Assembly (NCBI GenBank): GCA_041855985.1
Contig: JBHAFF010000005.1
Coordinates: 24,960 to 88,959, forward strand
Source: Alloprevotella sp.
GTDB taxonomy: Bacteria > Bacteroidota > Bacteroidia > Bacteroidales > Bacteroidaceae
DNA length: 64,000 nt
Direction: 5' to 3'
Made by a program: the position numbers and the translations under genes. Below the pieces are notes generated by a model that worked only from the letters and a program-made list of their open reading frames with translations, had not been told where the DNA came from and ran no database searches. The stretch's first letter is position 1. Every line of letters starts with the position of its first letter. Shown here piece by piece: positions 30,195-40,629 of the stretch.

Positions 30195-31078
30195 CAACGA
30201 TAATAAGTCTTCTTGCCTGCCGCCAAGGTGTTAAGCATCAACATGCAGATGGTCATCGGCCCCACCCCTCCCGGCACAGGAGTGATCGCTCCTGCAATGG
30301 GGGCAACGTGCTCAAAATCCACATCACCCGAAAGGCGGAAGCCCGAAGGACGCGAGGCATCGGGCACACGGGTTGTGCCCACATCGATCACGGTGGCACC
30401 AGGCTTCACCATATCGGCCGTGATGTAGCCCGGACGCCCGATTGCGGCAATCAGGATGTCGGCCTTCCGACATTCCTCCGCCACATCGTGGGTATGGGAA
30501 TGCACGCAGGTCACGGTAGCGTTTCCGTGCTCTTTCTGAAGCATCAGCTGTACCATCGGTTTACCCACGATGTTGCTGCGCCCCACCACCACGCACTTCT
30601 TACCATCTGTCTCGATGCCATAACGTTGCAACAGGGTCAGGATGCCCAACGGAGTGGCACTGATGAACGAGGGAAGTCCTACTGCGAGACGCCCCACATT
30701 AACGGGATGAAAGCCGTCCACATCTTTGCGGTAGTCGATGGCTTCGATCACCTTTTCCTTATCGATGTGTTTAGGGAGCGGAAGTTGCACGATGAAGCCG
30801 TCCACCTCATGATCACGGTTGAGACGGTCAATCTCAGCAAGCAGTTCGGCTTCGCTCACGCTGGCGTCAAAACGCACCAAGCTAGAAGCGAAGCCGCAGG
30901 CTTCGCAAGCCAACACCTTGTTCTTCACATAGGTTTCACTACCGCCATCATTGCCCACGAGGATAGCGGCCAAATGGGGTCGCTTGCCACCGTGCTCCAC
31001 AATGTCGGCCACTTCTTGGGCTATCTCGGCTTTGATTTGTGCCGCCGTAGCCTTGCCGTCAATCAGGGTATATGCCAT
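30194..31078 (-). CDS. folD: Methylene-THF dehydrogenase/cyclohydrolase
   Basis: Start MAYTLIDGK; [17 protein letters not shown] and [10 protein letters not shown]. Confidence 0.97.
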   Translation of the reverse strand: MAYTLIDGKATAAQIKAEIAQEVADIVEHGGKRPHLAAILVGNDGGSETYVKNKVLACEACGFASSLVRFDASVSEAELLAEIDRLNRDHEVDGFIVQLPLPKHIDKEKVIEAIDYRKDVDGFHPVNVGRLAVGLPSFISATPLGILTLLQRYGIETDGKKCVVVGRSNIVGKPMVQLMLQKEHGNATVTCVHSHTHDVAEECRKADILIAAIGRPGYITADMVKPGATVIDVGTTRVPDASRPSGFRLSGDVDFEHVAPIAGAITPVPGGVGPMTICMLMLNTLAAGKKTYYR

Positions 31079-31113
31079 AATTTTGAGGGGGTCAAAGATT
31101 GAAGAAAAAATAC

Positions 31114-32142
31114 TCACACATAGGTCGTAACATCCACATGGGGTGCAGGAGCGATGGTGATCTTGTGAGGATAATCAATGAGGGTTGCACCCCACCATCC
31201 GAAGGTGCTTTCAGTGAGGATGCCATGCTTGCAATGCGTCATGAGTTGCAGGTCGCGGAAGCTCTCCTGACCCTTGTTCCAGTCCACGAAGATGACCTCA
31301 TCCCGGTTAAAGTCCAGCCCAAACACCTTGGGATTGGCCTTACACCATTCCACGCTGTCAGTATTGGTAAAGAACACGAAGAGCGGTCGCTCCACCCGGT
31401 GGCGGATATGGCGCACGGCACGTGCAAAGAAGCCGTCCTCATAACACCATCCGATCCAGCTAAGCATATCTCCGCGTCGGGCGTGGATGAACACTGTTTC
31501 TCGCCCCTCTAATTGGCGGGCGAGAGCGGCATTCCGCTCGTCTGTCCACGCAGGAAAGACGAAGGAACGGCGAATCTCGGCATCGATGCGGTGACGCTCG
31601 AAGCGCGGAGAGCGGAAGGCCAAACGGTTGCCGGTGAAGACGGAGCGGTCGGTGTGCAGATAGATGAGGTCAAGCTGAGGATCTGGGCGGCGGAAGTAGC
31701 CGGGCATCACATGCTGCAACTGCACCAAGGCTTTATAGTACCACTTCGACTTGCGCAACCGACTGCGTAAGGTCGGGCGTGGCGGTGTGGAAAAGTCGCC
31801 GCGCACGTTATCCAAGACCAATCCATGGCGCGCCAAGACGTCCGTAAAAGCCACGGGATAGTTCCAGCGATGCTTCCACCATTCCGTAGCCCGCACCTCC
31901 TCCACAATCTGAGCCCAAGTCGCTGCGTCAAAAAGGCTACTGATGTTCGGTGGGGTCAAACCGAAGATGCGCTCCAACTCATAGCCATACCATTGGCTCA
32001 CCACCTTGCTGCATTCCGGACAATCATAGGCGAGAGTTTCGATATAGATAGTCTCTCCGGGATTGGCATATTGCAACGCAAGGAGTTCGCAGTAGGAGAG
32101 CATCTGGTTGCCCAATCCCGACTCTATATGCACAACTTTCAT
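31114..32142 (-). CDS. Alpha-1,2-fucosyltransferase-like glycosyltransferase (GT11)
   Basis: GLGNQM, HARRGD (GDP-fucose-binding HxRRxD) and D..LM..C...I...STFGWWGA. Confidence 0.85.
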   Translation of the reverse strand: MKVVHIESGLGNQMLSYCELLALQYANPGETIYIETLAYDCPECSKVVSQWYGYELERIFGLTPPNISSLFDAATWAQIVEEVRATEWWKHRWNYPVAFTDVLARHGLVLDNVRGDFSTPPRPTLRSRLRKSKWYYKALVQLQHVMPGYFRRPDPQLDLIYLHTDRSVFTGNRLAFRSPRFERHRIDAEIRRSFVFPAWTDERNAALARQLEGRETVFIHARRGDMLSWIGWCYEDGFFARAVRHIRHRVERPLFVFFTNTDSVEWCKANPKVFGLDFNRDEVIFVDWNKGQESFRDLQLMTHCKHGILTESTFGWWGATLIDYPHKITIAPAPHVDVTTYV

Positions 32143-32159
32143 AAGGTCGAATCTCCCTC

Positions 32160-33512
32160 TCAGGACAAGCCCTTGGGCATACCGGGAATGTTCTTCGGCA
32201 TCCGCGCCATCATCTGCCGCATGCCACCGCCCGACACCATCTTCATCATCTTGCGTGTCTGGTCAAACTGTTTGAGCAGGCGGTTCACATCCTGCACCGT
32301 CTTGCCCGACCCTTTGGCGATGCGCGTCTTGCGCGAGACATTGATGGCCTCGGGATGTTCGCGTTCGAAGGGAGTCATGGAGAGGATGATGGCTTCGACA
32401 CCGAGGATTGCGCGGTCGTCCACCTCCACATCCTTCAAGGCCTTGCCCACACCTGGGATCATGGCAGCCAGATCCTTGATATTGCCCATCTTCTTGATCT
32501 GGCGGAGCTGGGCCAAGAAGTCATTGAAGTCAAACTGGTTCTTCTGGATCTTGCGTTGAAGCTTGCGAGCTTCCTCCTCGTCATACTGTTCCTGCGCGCG
32601 CTCCACAAGGGACACGATATCGCCCATGCCGAGGATACGGTCGGCCATACGCGAAGGGTGGAACACGTCGAGAGCATCCATTTTCTCACCCATACCAACG
32701 AACTTGATGGGTTTATCCACAACGGCACGGATGGAAAGGGCAGCACCGCCACGGGTATCACCGTCGAGCTTCGTCAGCACCACGCCATCAAAATCCAGGC
32801 GCGAGTTGAACTCCTTTGCTGTGTTCACCGCATCTTGACCCGTCATTGCATCGACCACGAAGAGGATCTCATCGGGTTGCGTGGCCTCCTTGATGGCGGC
32901 GATCTCGTTCATCAGCGTCTCATCCACAGCCAGGCGTCCGGCAGTGTCCACTATCACGGTGTCATAGCCTTTTGCTTTCGCTTCTTGAATGGCATCGAGG
33001 GCAATCTTCACAGGATCACGCTCTTCGAGATTCATAAAGATGGGGACCTCGATCTGTTCGGCCAGCACACGGAGCTGCTCGATGGCAGCGGGACGATAGG
33101 TGTCGCACGCAGCCAAAAGGGGACGGCGATGCTTCTTCGTTTTGAGGAAAAGGGCAAGTTTGCCCGAGAGGGTGGTCTTACCCGCACCGTTCAGACCTGC
33201 CATCAGGATGACAGAGGGGCGGTGTTCGAGCTTCATATCCACGGCCTCTCCACCCATCAGAGCCGCCAGTTCATCGTGCACAATCTTCACCATCAGCTGC
33301 GAAGGCTTCACTGCCGTGAGCACATTCTGACCGAGGGCTTTCTGCTTCACCGTGTCGGTGAACGACTTGGCCACTTTATAGTTTACATCGGCATCGAGCA
33401 GTGCGCGCCGCACATCTTTGAGGGTCTCTGCCACGTTGATTTCCGTGATCTTACCCTCACCTTTCAAGATTTTGAATGATCGTTCAAGTCTTTCGCTGAG
33501 GTTGTCAAACAT
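32160..33512 (-). CDS. ffh: Signal recognition particle protein
   Basis: Start MFDNLSERL; GLNGAGKTT, DTAGR, TKLDGD and Met-rich M domain. Promoter TACTTTTGCC at about 33585-33594. Confidence 0.97.
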   Translation of the reverse strand: MFDNLSERLERSFKILKGEGKITEINVAETLKDVRRALLDADVNYKVAKSFTDTVKQKALGQNVLTAVKPSQLMVKIVHDELAALMGGEAVDMKLEHRPSVILMAGLNGAGKTTLSGKLALFLKTKKHRRPLLAACDTYRPAAIEQLRVLAEQIEVPIFMNLEERDPVKIALDAIQEAKAKGYDTVIVDTAGRLAVDETLMNEIAAIKEATQPDEILFVVDAMTGQDAVNTAKEFNSRLDFDGVVLTKLDGDTRGGAALSIRAVVDKPIKFVGMGEKMDALDVFHPSRMADRILGMGDIVSLVERAQEQYDEEEARKLQRKIQKNQFDFNDFLAQLRQIKKMGNIKDLAAMIPGVGKALKDVEVDDRAILGVEAIILSMTPFEREHPEAINVSRKTRIAKGSGKTVQDVNRLLKQFDQTRKMMKMVSGGGMRQMMARMPKNIPGMPKGLS

Positions 33513-33775
33513 ATTCTGCCTGCAATACTGTTCTGAATGAATCCCCGAAGGACAGCCGCCCCTCAAGGTGAATAAATGATTTGTGGCAAAAGTACGAAAA
33601 TTCCGCCACTACGGCAAGTGTTCATCCCGAAATCGGAACACCAGCACTGCATAACACGATGGAAGAAGTCGGTATGGGAAATGGAGCATTCCCCATACCA
33701 TCAAATACATAAGAGGCTGCGTCAAAACCATATTCCGCAGTGCTGCCATGCTCAAAACCTACGGAATCCAGAAAA

Positions 33776-33812
33776 TCCCCCTTATTGCACCGTGCGGGCG
33801 CAATAAGGGGGA
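33776..33812 (-). terminator. Terminator downstream of the T9SS pseudogene
   Basis: TCCCCCTTATTGC...GCAATAAGGGGGA stem, then TTTT on the minus strand. Confidence 0.75.
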
Positions 33813-33887
33813 AATTCGTCAGCGGCGGCGAGGGCGTTGTTCCGCACAGTCGTTCCCGCATCCTTCCGTGTATAGGGCGACAGCTCT

Positions 33888-34740
33888 TTAGCGCATCACC
33901 TTCTTGCCGTCCACGATGTGGAGGCCGCGGCCGGCGGTGGAGGTGGAGGTGGAGGTGCGCTTACCGTCGAGGGTATAGATCGTGGTGCCGGCGGTGTTGT
34001 GCCCGGCATCGAGTGCCACGCGCTCCACCGGGGTGAGCTTTCCGTCCGTAACCACGAGCTTCAACTCGCCGTGTTGCCGCTCATCGTCTGCATCGTCCAG
34101 CGGTAAGCACCGAGCGGCCGGTGGCCTTCGGCCAAAAGATGGAAGGTGCCGCCGGCCGGCACATGCTGCCCGGCAATATTCTCCTGCCGCTCATAGCAGC
34201 CCGTGAAGGTATGGCCGCCCACCGTCTTTGTGGTGGGGCTATCGGGGCACCGCACGCAGGTTCGCACCGGGGATATAGACATCGCCCGTACGGCTGCTGC
34301 GGATCAGGCCAATGCTGTGGGCAGGGAGCGTTTCGCCCGCTTTGAGTTTGCGGAAGCACACTTCATTGGCCGCAACACCTTCGAGGGCTTCGGGGTCTTC
34401 TTCCAGCACCGCCACTTCAACGCCCGCGGGCAAGCCGCCCACTTCGAGGTCGAAGGGCACATACAGTGCTTGCCAGTTCGTGTTCTTGAACGTGCGGAGG
34501 TATTGGAGCGCAAAGTTCGTATCCTCCTTGAAATTGTAGATATTATTGTCTGCAAGGACATCGTCCAAGGTGCGGGTCAAGGCGTAACGATTCCAAGCTG
34601 CATTGCCCCCAGCATTTCTGGAAACGGTGATAGCAATACTTTCGTCAAAGGCATTCGCACCTAATCCAAGCAGGACGAGGGAAGGAATCACCACGCCCGT
34701 CAAACCATAGCAATAAACCCCAATTCGGTTAAGCTCGGCT
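33888..34740 (-). pseudogene. 5'-truncated, frameshifted BspA-type LRR surface protein with a T9SS-like C-terminal tail
   Basis: Fragments in different frames: SLTELGFIA / GLTGVVIPS..LGANAF (LRR), YLRTFKNTNWQALYVPF, HTFTGCY...AYRW and IYTLDGKR...GLHIVDGKKVMR*. In-frame stops; no start codon or signal peptide. Confidence 0.75.
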
Positions 34741-34745
34741 TTTTA

Positions 34746-34781
34746 GGGTTGTGTCCAAAAGTGCATTTCTGGACACAACCC
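34746..34781. repeat. 36-bp palindrome (REP-like or IS-end-like)
   Basis: GGGTTGTGTCCA-N12-TGGACACAACCC perfect 12-bp inverted repeat. Confidence 0.75.
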
Positions 34782-34865
34782 GTCTCTGCTGTGAGCAACA
34801 CGTTACTGTCGTCACAGATAAAATGCCCAAGGGCTTTATTTTCAACCATTTGAAAATCAAAAAAA

Positions 34866-34941
34866 GACACCGCGGTGTCATCGTCACGATACCGCGGTGT
34901 TGTTGCAACGCTTCCGCGGTGTCGTGCGCACGACACCGCGG
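34866..34941. repeat. 22-bp self-complementary tandem repeat array, copy 1 (about 3.5 units)
   Basis: CCGCGG at 34870, 34892, 34914 and 34936; unit approximately ACGACACCGCGGTGTCGTTGCA. Confidence 0.85.
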
Positions 34942-35207
34942 AAACTTTTTCACAGCACGACGGACCGATTTTCGGGGTCTGCCGCAGGGGGATACACAGC
35001 AAAGGCACTACGATGCGCAACGTGGGAGGACAGGTGAAACGAACCTCCCGCGTTTCCGAAACGTCCGCCCGTGCCCCAATGGCCTGCACGAGTGAAGAGC
35101 GCTTCATCTTCGGACAGAACGTTGATGATGCCGGCCGGATCAGGTGCGTCTTCTCGGAGCGCAGTGCCACAATCACGCAGAGGGGCAAAGCTGGGATGGG
35201 GTGCGGA

Positions 35208-35837
35208 TCAATGCTTCTGCCAGCCAGGTTTGTGACGCGAAGCGAGTTCGTCGGTCATCTGCTCGATGCGCAGCCCCTTGGACGTCAGGAGAACAATGAG
35301 GTGATAGAGCATATCCGAGCCTTCGTAGAGTAAACGGTCGTTCGTGCCATTCGTGGCCTCGATGACAAGTTCGAGAGCCTCTTCACCCACTTTCTGTGCC
35401 ATGCGGTTCAAGCCATCGCGAAAGAGAGAAGTGGTATACGAACCTTCGGGCATTTCACGCTGACGCTGCTCGATAAAGTCCTGTAATTCGGAGAGAAACA
35501 GGAGTGAAGCTGTGGGTGCAGACTGATTCATCTCACCCCAGCAGGTGTCGGTTCCGGTGTGGCAAGTTGGCCCTTGGGGATGAACGCGCACGAGGAGGGC
35601 ATCGTTGTCGCAGTCAAGTTGAATATCCTTTACGGTGAGGAAATTACCCGAAGTTTCGCCTTTCGTCCAGAGGCGTTGCTTGGAGCGTGAGAAGAAGGTG
35701 ACGCGGCCTTCGCTCTGGGTCTTGGCCAGAGCCTCAGCATTCATATAGCCCAACATCAGCACTTGTCGAGTATCGGCATCCTGGATGATGGCAGGAATGA
35801 GTCGGTCAGGAAATTTGGAAAAATCAGGAGTCAGCAT
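35208..35837 (-). CDS. hisIE: Phosphoribosyl-AMP cyclohydrolase / phosphoribosyl-ATP pyrophosphatase
   Basis: [19 protein letters not shown] and KVGEEA; start MLTPDFSK. Confidence 0.95.
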   Translation of the reverse strand: MLTPDFSKFPDRLIPAIIQDADTRQVLMLGYMNAEALAKTQSEGRVTFFSRSKQRLWTKGETSGNFLTVKDIQLDCDNDALLVRVHPQGPTCHTGTDTCWGEMNQSAPTASLLFLSELQDFIEQRQREMPEGSYTTSLFRDGLNRMAQKVGEEALELVIEATNGTNDRLLYEGSDMLYHLIVLLTSKGLRIEQMTDELASRHKPGWQKH

Positions 35838-35876
35838 AGGAATGAGTATTGGGGAAGAGAATAGCAAATCTTGGGG

Positions 35877-36629
35877 TCATCGCACAGCAATGCCCTCAGT
35901 GCGGAGATAAGATTTCAGTTCGGGAATGGGAATTTCACCGAAGTGGAACACACTGGCAGCCAGAGCAGCATCGGCATGCCCGAGGGTAAAGGCATCGCGG
36001 AAGTGCTCTTTTGCACCCGCGCCTCCCGAAGCGATGATGGGAATGGTGAGTTGTGCGGCCAAACGAGCGAGCGCATCGTTGGCAAATCCCGTCTTTACCC
36101 CGTCATGATTCATCGAAGTAAAGAGGATTTCGCCTGCTCCGCGATCGTTGCACTCACGGGCCCAATCGAAGAGGTCGCGGTCGGTGGCCAGACGTCCGCC
36201 ATTGAGATAACACGTCCATCGGCCTTCCGCTTCACGTGCATCAATAGCTACGGTGCACACCTGCGAACCAAAATGCTGCACGATCTCATCGATCAGTTCA
36301 GGACGCCTCAGGGCAGAACTGTTGATGCTCACCTTGTCTGCACCGGCAGAGAGGAGACGTTCAACATCGGCGAGAGAGGAAATGCCTCCGCCTACGGTAA
36401 AAGGGATATTGACTTCAGCGGCCACGCGCTCCACCATGTCGGTAAAGGTGCGCCGCCCTTCGTGAGAAGCCGTAATGTCGAGAAATACAAGTTCGTCGGC
36501 TCCTGCACGGCTATAGGCCTGACCCAACGCTACAGGGTCGCCGGCAGTGCGGAGATTGACAAAATTAGTGCCTTTGACGGTCTGTCCGTCCTTCACATCG
36601 AGGCAAGGAATGATGCGTTTGGCAAGCAT
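35877..36629 (-). CDS. hisF: Imidazole glycerol phosphate synthase cyclase subunit
   Basis: [25 protein letters not shown] and ALAASVFH. Confidence 0.97.
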   Translation of the reverse strand: MLAKRIIPCLDVKDGQTVKGTNFVNLRTAGDPVALGQAYSRAGADELVFLDITASHEGRRTFTDMVERVAAEVNIPFTVGGGISSLADVERLLSAGADKVSINSSALRRPELIDEIVQHFGSQVCTVAIDAREAEGRWTCYLNGGRLATDRDLFDWARECNDRGAGEILFTSMNHDGVKTGFANDALARLAAQLTIPIIASGGAGAKEHFRDAFTLGHADAALAASVFHFGEIPIPELKSYLRTEGIAVR

Positions 36630-36648
36630 GAGAAGGGAAATGAAGAGA

Positions 36649-38130
36649 CTAAGAGATGGGGAGTTCGGTGCAGGGGGTGCTGTTGTCACGGCTCTCAGTG
36701 ATGGTCAACAGGATATCAGCCGGATGAAGTACCAGTTTTCCATTGGGGACAATGATGCTTTCACCACGCTTCACAAGCATGACAAGCGTTCCCTCCGGAA
36801 AATTCAGCGTAGAGAGCTGCGCTCCTGCACTAAGGAGCTGTGGAGTAACCACGATTTCGCAGAGTTGGGTATCAAGATGTTCGGGCAGTTCAACACCAAA
36901 CTCGTTGCCGCTCTTCGCTTCAGGCTCGTCCAAATTCAGGAACCGTGCCACACTCGCCAGCGTAGTACCTTGGAGGAGCAATGAGAGCAGCGTGATGAAA
37001 AAGACGATATTAAAGAGCAAACCCGCGTCCTTCACACCGTGGATGAGCGGATAAGTCGCAAAGATGATGGGAACGGCACCACGAAGACCTACCCATGAAA
37101 GATAATGCTTGGCACGAATGGGTAAATTCCTAAAAGGAAGTAAGGTGAGAAAGACACTCAAAGGACGCGCCACCAACATCATGAACACACCAATCGCCAA
37201 GGCAGCAAAACTCACCTCCCACAATTCAGAAGGATTGACCAGAAGCCCCAACGTGAGGAACAGTACAATCTGCACCAGCCAAGTCAGACCTTCCATAAAG
37301 TTGGTCATCTCGCGACGATAAGACAAACGCCGGTTTCCCACGACCAAGCCTGCAAGATAGACTGCCAGATAACCATTGCCATGGGTAAAATCTGTGAGCG
37401 TGAAAATCATGAAGCACGCACTGATCAGCAGCACCGGATACAGAGCGACATTCGGCAAGTTGATGCGATTGATCAGTTCCGTCATGAGCCTTCCCCCGGC
37501 ATAGCCCCAAATACCACCGATCACAAATTGGCTTCCGATGTCCATGAGGAGTGAGCCCAAAGAGAAGTCACTCCCACTCAACACAACTTGCATAAATGCG
37601 ATGGTAAGCATATAGGCCATCGGGTCGTTACTCCCACTTTCCAGCTCTAACATCGGGCGTAGCCGATGTTTGAGCCCCATATTCTGTGTGCGCAACAGGT
37701 TAAACACAGAAGCCGAGTCCGTTGATGACATCGTGGCGGCCAGCAGCATAGCCACCATCAACGAGAGCTGTAGATTAAAGAAAGGGAGGAAAGAGAGGGC
37801 AAAAATGAAGCCCCCCGTCACCAGTGTCGTCAGCACAACGCCCACGGTAGCGAGCAAGATGCCTGGCGCGAGCACGGGGCGGATATCATGATAGCGGGTG
37901 TCCATCCCCCCCGTAAAGAGAATGATGCTCAAGGACAACATGCCGATGAACTGCGCATCAACAGGACTGTCAAAACGAATGCCCAGCCCGTCATTACCCG
38001 CAAACATGCCCGTGAAGAGAAAAAGGAGCAAGGTGGGGATTCCTAAACGAAAGCCGGTTTTGCTAATGAGGATGCTTACGAAAATTAAGAGCGCGCCTAA
38101 AAAGAGAAGATTTTCGGAGGTCAAGTTCAT
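36649..38130 (-). CDS. K+/H+ antiporter (CPA1, NhaP2/CvrA-like) with TrkA_C domain
   Basis: [20 protein letters not shown] and GLRGAVPI; many transmembrane helices; C-terminal VPNG...D.L. Confidence 0.9.
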   Translation of the reverse strand: MNLTSENLLFLGALLIFVSILISKTGFRLGIPTLLLFLFTGMFAGNDGLGIRFDSPVDAQFIGMLSLSIILFTGGMDTRYHDIRPVLAPGILLATVGVVLTTLVTGGFIFALSFLPFFNLQLSLMVAMLLAATMSSTDSASVFNLLRTQNMGLKHRLRPMLELESGSNDPMAYMLTIAFMQVVLSGSDFSLGSLLMDIGSQFVIGGIWGYAGGRLMTELINRINLPNVALYPVLLISACFMIFTLTDFTHGNGYLAVYLAGLVVGNRRLSYRREMTNFMEGLTWLVQIVLFLTLGLLVNPSELWEVSFAALAIGVFMMLVARPLSVFLTLLPFRNLPIRAKHYLSWVGLRGAVPIIFATYPLIHGVKDAGLLFNIVFFITLLSLLLQGTTLASVARFLNLDEPEAKSGNEFGVELPEHLDTQLCEIVVTPQLLSAGAQLSTLNFPEGTLVMLVKRGESIIVPNGKLVLHPADILLTITESRDNSTPCTELPIS

Positions 38131-38204
38131 AGGAGAGGATTAGAAGAATAATAGAATTGGCACTCATACCTTTATAAGGTATTTCCGAAAACAACTGTGC
38201 CCGG

Positions 38205-38924
38205 TTACAACAGCCGCGACAGCTCTTCGAGCGTAAACCGCCCCTCGTAGAGGGCCTTTCCAAAGACCACAGCAGGGATACCCGCCTCGTCAAGTGCCAG
38301 AAGATCCGAAAGACTGCTCACGCCACCTGATGCTATAAGGTGCAAGCCAGGCTGGGCATCGAGCACGGAACGGTAAAGGTCGATAGCAGGCCCTTGGAGC
38401 ATCCCGTCACGGGAAATGTCGGTACAGAGCACGCGCCGCACGCCCTCTGACACATAACGGCCGATAAAGGGAAGCAACGCCTCACTGCTCTCCTCCGTCC
38501 ACCCGCTGATGGCCACCCTACCCTCACGGACATCGGCTCCGAGGATGAGGGCGTCACCACCATAGGTACGCAGCCAGGCGAGGAAGCGTTCCGGGTCTTT
38601 CACCGCAATGCTGCCAATGGTGAACATCCGCGCCCCGGCATCGGCAGCACGGCGCAGGTCATCATCGTGCTTGATACCACCGCCGAAATCCACTTCTAAG
38701 CGGGTATGGGTGGCAATCCGTTCGAGGGTGCGGAGGTTGATTACACGACCCTCGCGTGCACCATCGAGATCGACAAGGTGCAACCGCGTAAAACCGTTGG
38801 CCTCAACAGCTTTGGCAATTTCGAGGGGATCTTGATCATAGGTCTTCTGCGTGGCGTAATCGCCCTTGGTGAGGCGCACACAACGGCCGTCAATAAGGTC
38901 AATGGCAGGAATGAGCGTGATCAT
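38205..38924 (-). CDS. hisA: ProFAR isomerase
   Basis: IPAIDL..G.CVRL, LHLVDLDGA, TDISRDGM and IASGG. Confidence 0.96.
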   Translation of the reverse strand: MITLIPAIDLIDGRCVRLTKGDYATQKTYDQDPLEIAKAVEANGFTRLHLVDLDGAREGRVINLRTLERIATHTRLEVDFGGGIKHDDDLRRAADAGARMFTIGSIAVKDPERFLAWLRTYGGDALILGADVREGRVAISGWTEESSEALLPFIGRYVSEGVRRVLCTDISRDGMLQGPAIDLYRSVLDAQPGLHLIASGGVSSLSDLLALDEAGIPAVVFGKALYEGRFTLEELSRLL

Positions 38925-39532
38925 AAGGAAAGCGTAGTTTCAGGAAGGGTGAGAAAATTCTGCAAGATACGTTCGCCGACATCGCCGCTCTTTTCAGGAT
39001 GGAACTGGGTGGCAAAAAAATTATCCTTACGGAGCGCGGCACTAAACGGCAGCACATAGTCACACGTGGCGATGGTGTGGGGCGTAGGAGGCACGTAATA
39101 GCTGTGGATGAAATAGACATATTCGCGTTCCGAAAATCCGGAAAAAAGCGGCGAGCGCATGTCGTAAAGGGCATTCCATCCCATGTGCGGCACCTTGTCC
39201 TCGTGGCGCGTGGGACGGAACTTCACAACAGGAGCATCGAAAATGCCTAAACACTCGGCATTTCCCTCCTCGGAGTGGCGGCACATCAACTGCTGACCGA
39301 CACAAATCCCTAAGACGGGTTGACGCAGGGAGCGGATCGTATTGTCCAACCCCCGTGCGCGGAGATAGGCCATCGCGCCGCTTGCTTCACCCTGACCGGG
39401 AAAAAGCACACGGTCGGCTGCTGCCAATTGCGCCGCATCGTCCGTAAGAACAGGATCTACTTCGAGGCGGTGCAGGGCATTGATCACGGAGCGGATGTTT
39501 CCGGCATTGTACTTTACAATAGCTACTTTCAT
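38921..39532 (-). CDS. hisH: Imidazole glycerol phosphate synthase glutaminase subunit
   Basis: GICVGQQ, PHMGWN, YFIHSY and QFHPEKS. Confidence 0.96.
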   Translation of the reverse strand: MKVAIVKYNAGNIRSVINALHRLEVDPVLTDDAAQLAAADRVLFPGQGEASGAMAYLRARGLDNTIRSLRQPVLGICVGQQLMCRHSEEGNAECLGIFDAPVVKFRPTRHEDKVPHMGWNALYDMRSPLFSGFSEREYVYFIHSYYVPPTPHTIATCDYVLPFSAALRKDNFFATQFHPEKSGDVGERILQNFLTLPETTLSL

Positions 39533-40599
39533 AGACTTCCTTTACTGCTGGGGAGCACCAAATGCTGCACATCACGCGCCACGGCGGCACGGAGCGCGCG
39601 GGCAAAGGCCTTAAACGTCCCCTCGATTTTGTGGTGTTCGTTCGTGCCCTCGGCCGTGATGTGGAGGTTCATCAGTGCGGCATCTGAGAGACTTTTGAAG
39701 AAATGGAAGAACATCTCGGTGGGTACGTCGCCGATGCGTTCTCGATGGTAGGCGGCCGACCACACGAGCCAAGGACGTCCGCCGAAGTCAAGAGCACAGC
39801 GGCAGAGACAATCGTCCATAGGGAGACAGTAGCCATAGCGCACAATGCCGAGTTTATTGCCCAAGGCTCGACGCAGACACTCACCCAAGGCGAGACCGGT
39901 GTCCTCGATGGTGTGATGTTCGTCCACATGAAGATCACCCTGCACCTGCACCTCCAAACCGATACCGCCATGGTGCACGAGCTGTTCGAGCATATGGTCA
40001 AAGAATCCCAGACCCGTGGAGATCCGGCATACCTCCGGGCGATCGAGTAGGATGCGGACGCGTATATCGGTCTCACGCGTGCGACGCACCACCTCGGCCT
40101 CACGCTCTCCGGCCACCACCAGTTCGGCTATCTTGTCCCAATTTAACGTACCCTGTTCATCGATGCGCAGGCCGCGGCAACCAAGGTTCGTTGCCAGCTG
40201 CATGTCACTTTCGCGGTCGCCGATGACATAGCATTGAGAAAGATCGTAGTCGCCTGAGGTGTAGCGCGTGAGCATCGCCGTTCCGGGTTTGCGGGTTGGG
40301 GCATTGTCCTCGGGAAAATGGCGGTCGATGAGAATGTCATCAAACACGATGCCTTCACCCGCCAAGGTGTCGAGCATAAAGTTGTGCACGGGCCAGAACG
40401 TTTCTTCGGGAAAAGCGGGCGTGCCCAACCCATCCTGGTTGGAGACCATCACGAGTTCGTAGTCTGTGAGACGGCGAATGGTAGAAAGAGCACGGAACAC
40501 ACCCGAAACGAAGGCGAGCTTATCGAAACTATCGATCTGCTCATCCGCCGGTTCGCGAATGAGGGTGCCATCGCGGTCAATAAAGAGGGCTTTTTTCAT
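39529..40599 (-). CDS. hisB: Bifunctional histidinol-phosphatase / imidazoleglycerol-phosphate dehydratase
   Basis: HAD DRDGTL, NQDGLG and RKP; [18 protein letters not shown] and NEHHKIE. Confidence 0.96.
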   Translation of the reverse strand: MKKALFIDRDGTLIREPADEQIDSFDKLAFVSGVFRALSTIRRLTDYELVMVSNQDGLGTPAFPEETFWPVHNFMLDTLAGEGIVFDDILIDRHFPEDNAPTRKPGTAMLTRYTSGDYDLSQCYVIGDRESDMQLATNLGCRGLRIDEQGTLNWDKIAELVVAGEREAEVVRRTRETDIRVRILLDRPEVCRISTGLGFFDHMLEQLVHHGGIGLEVQVQGDLHVDEHHTIEDTGLALGECLRRALGNKLGIVRYGYCLPMDDCLCRCALDFGGRPWLVWSAAYHRERIGDVPTEMFFHFFKSLSDAALMNLHITAEGTNEHHKIEGTFKAFARALRAAVARDVQHLVLPSSKGSL

Positions 40600-40629
40600 G
40601 ATTGAGGGAAGGAATGGAAGAAGGAGGGG

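Noticed and set aside
33640-33746. SRP (4.5S) RNA beside ffh
   Set aside because: No CAGG-GNRA-AGCA domain IV motif on either strand.
34866-34941. 22-bp arrays as CRISPR
   Set aside because: Units are contiguous with no unique spacers, and there are no cas genes.
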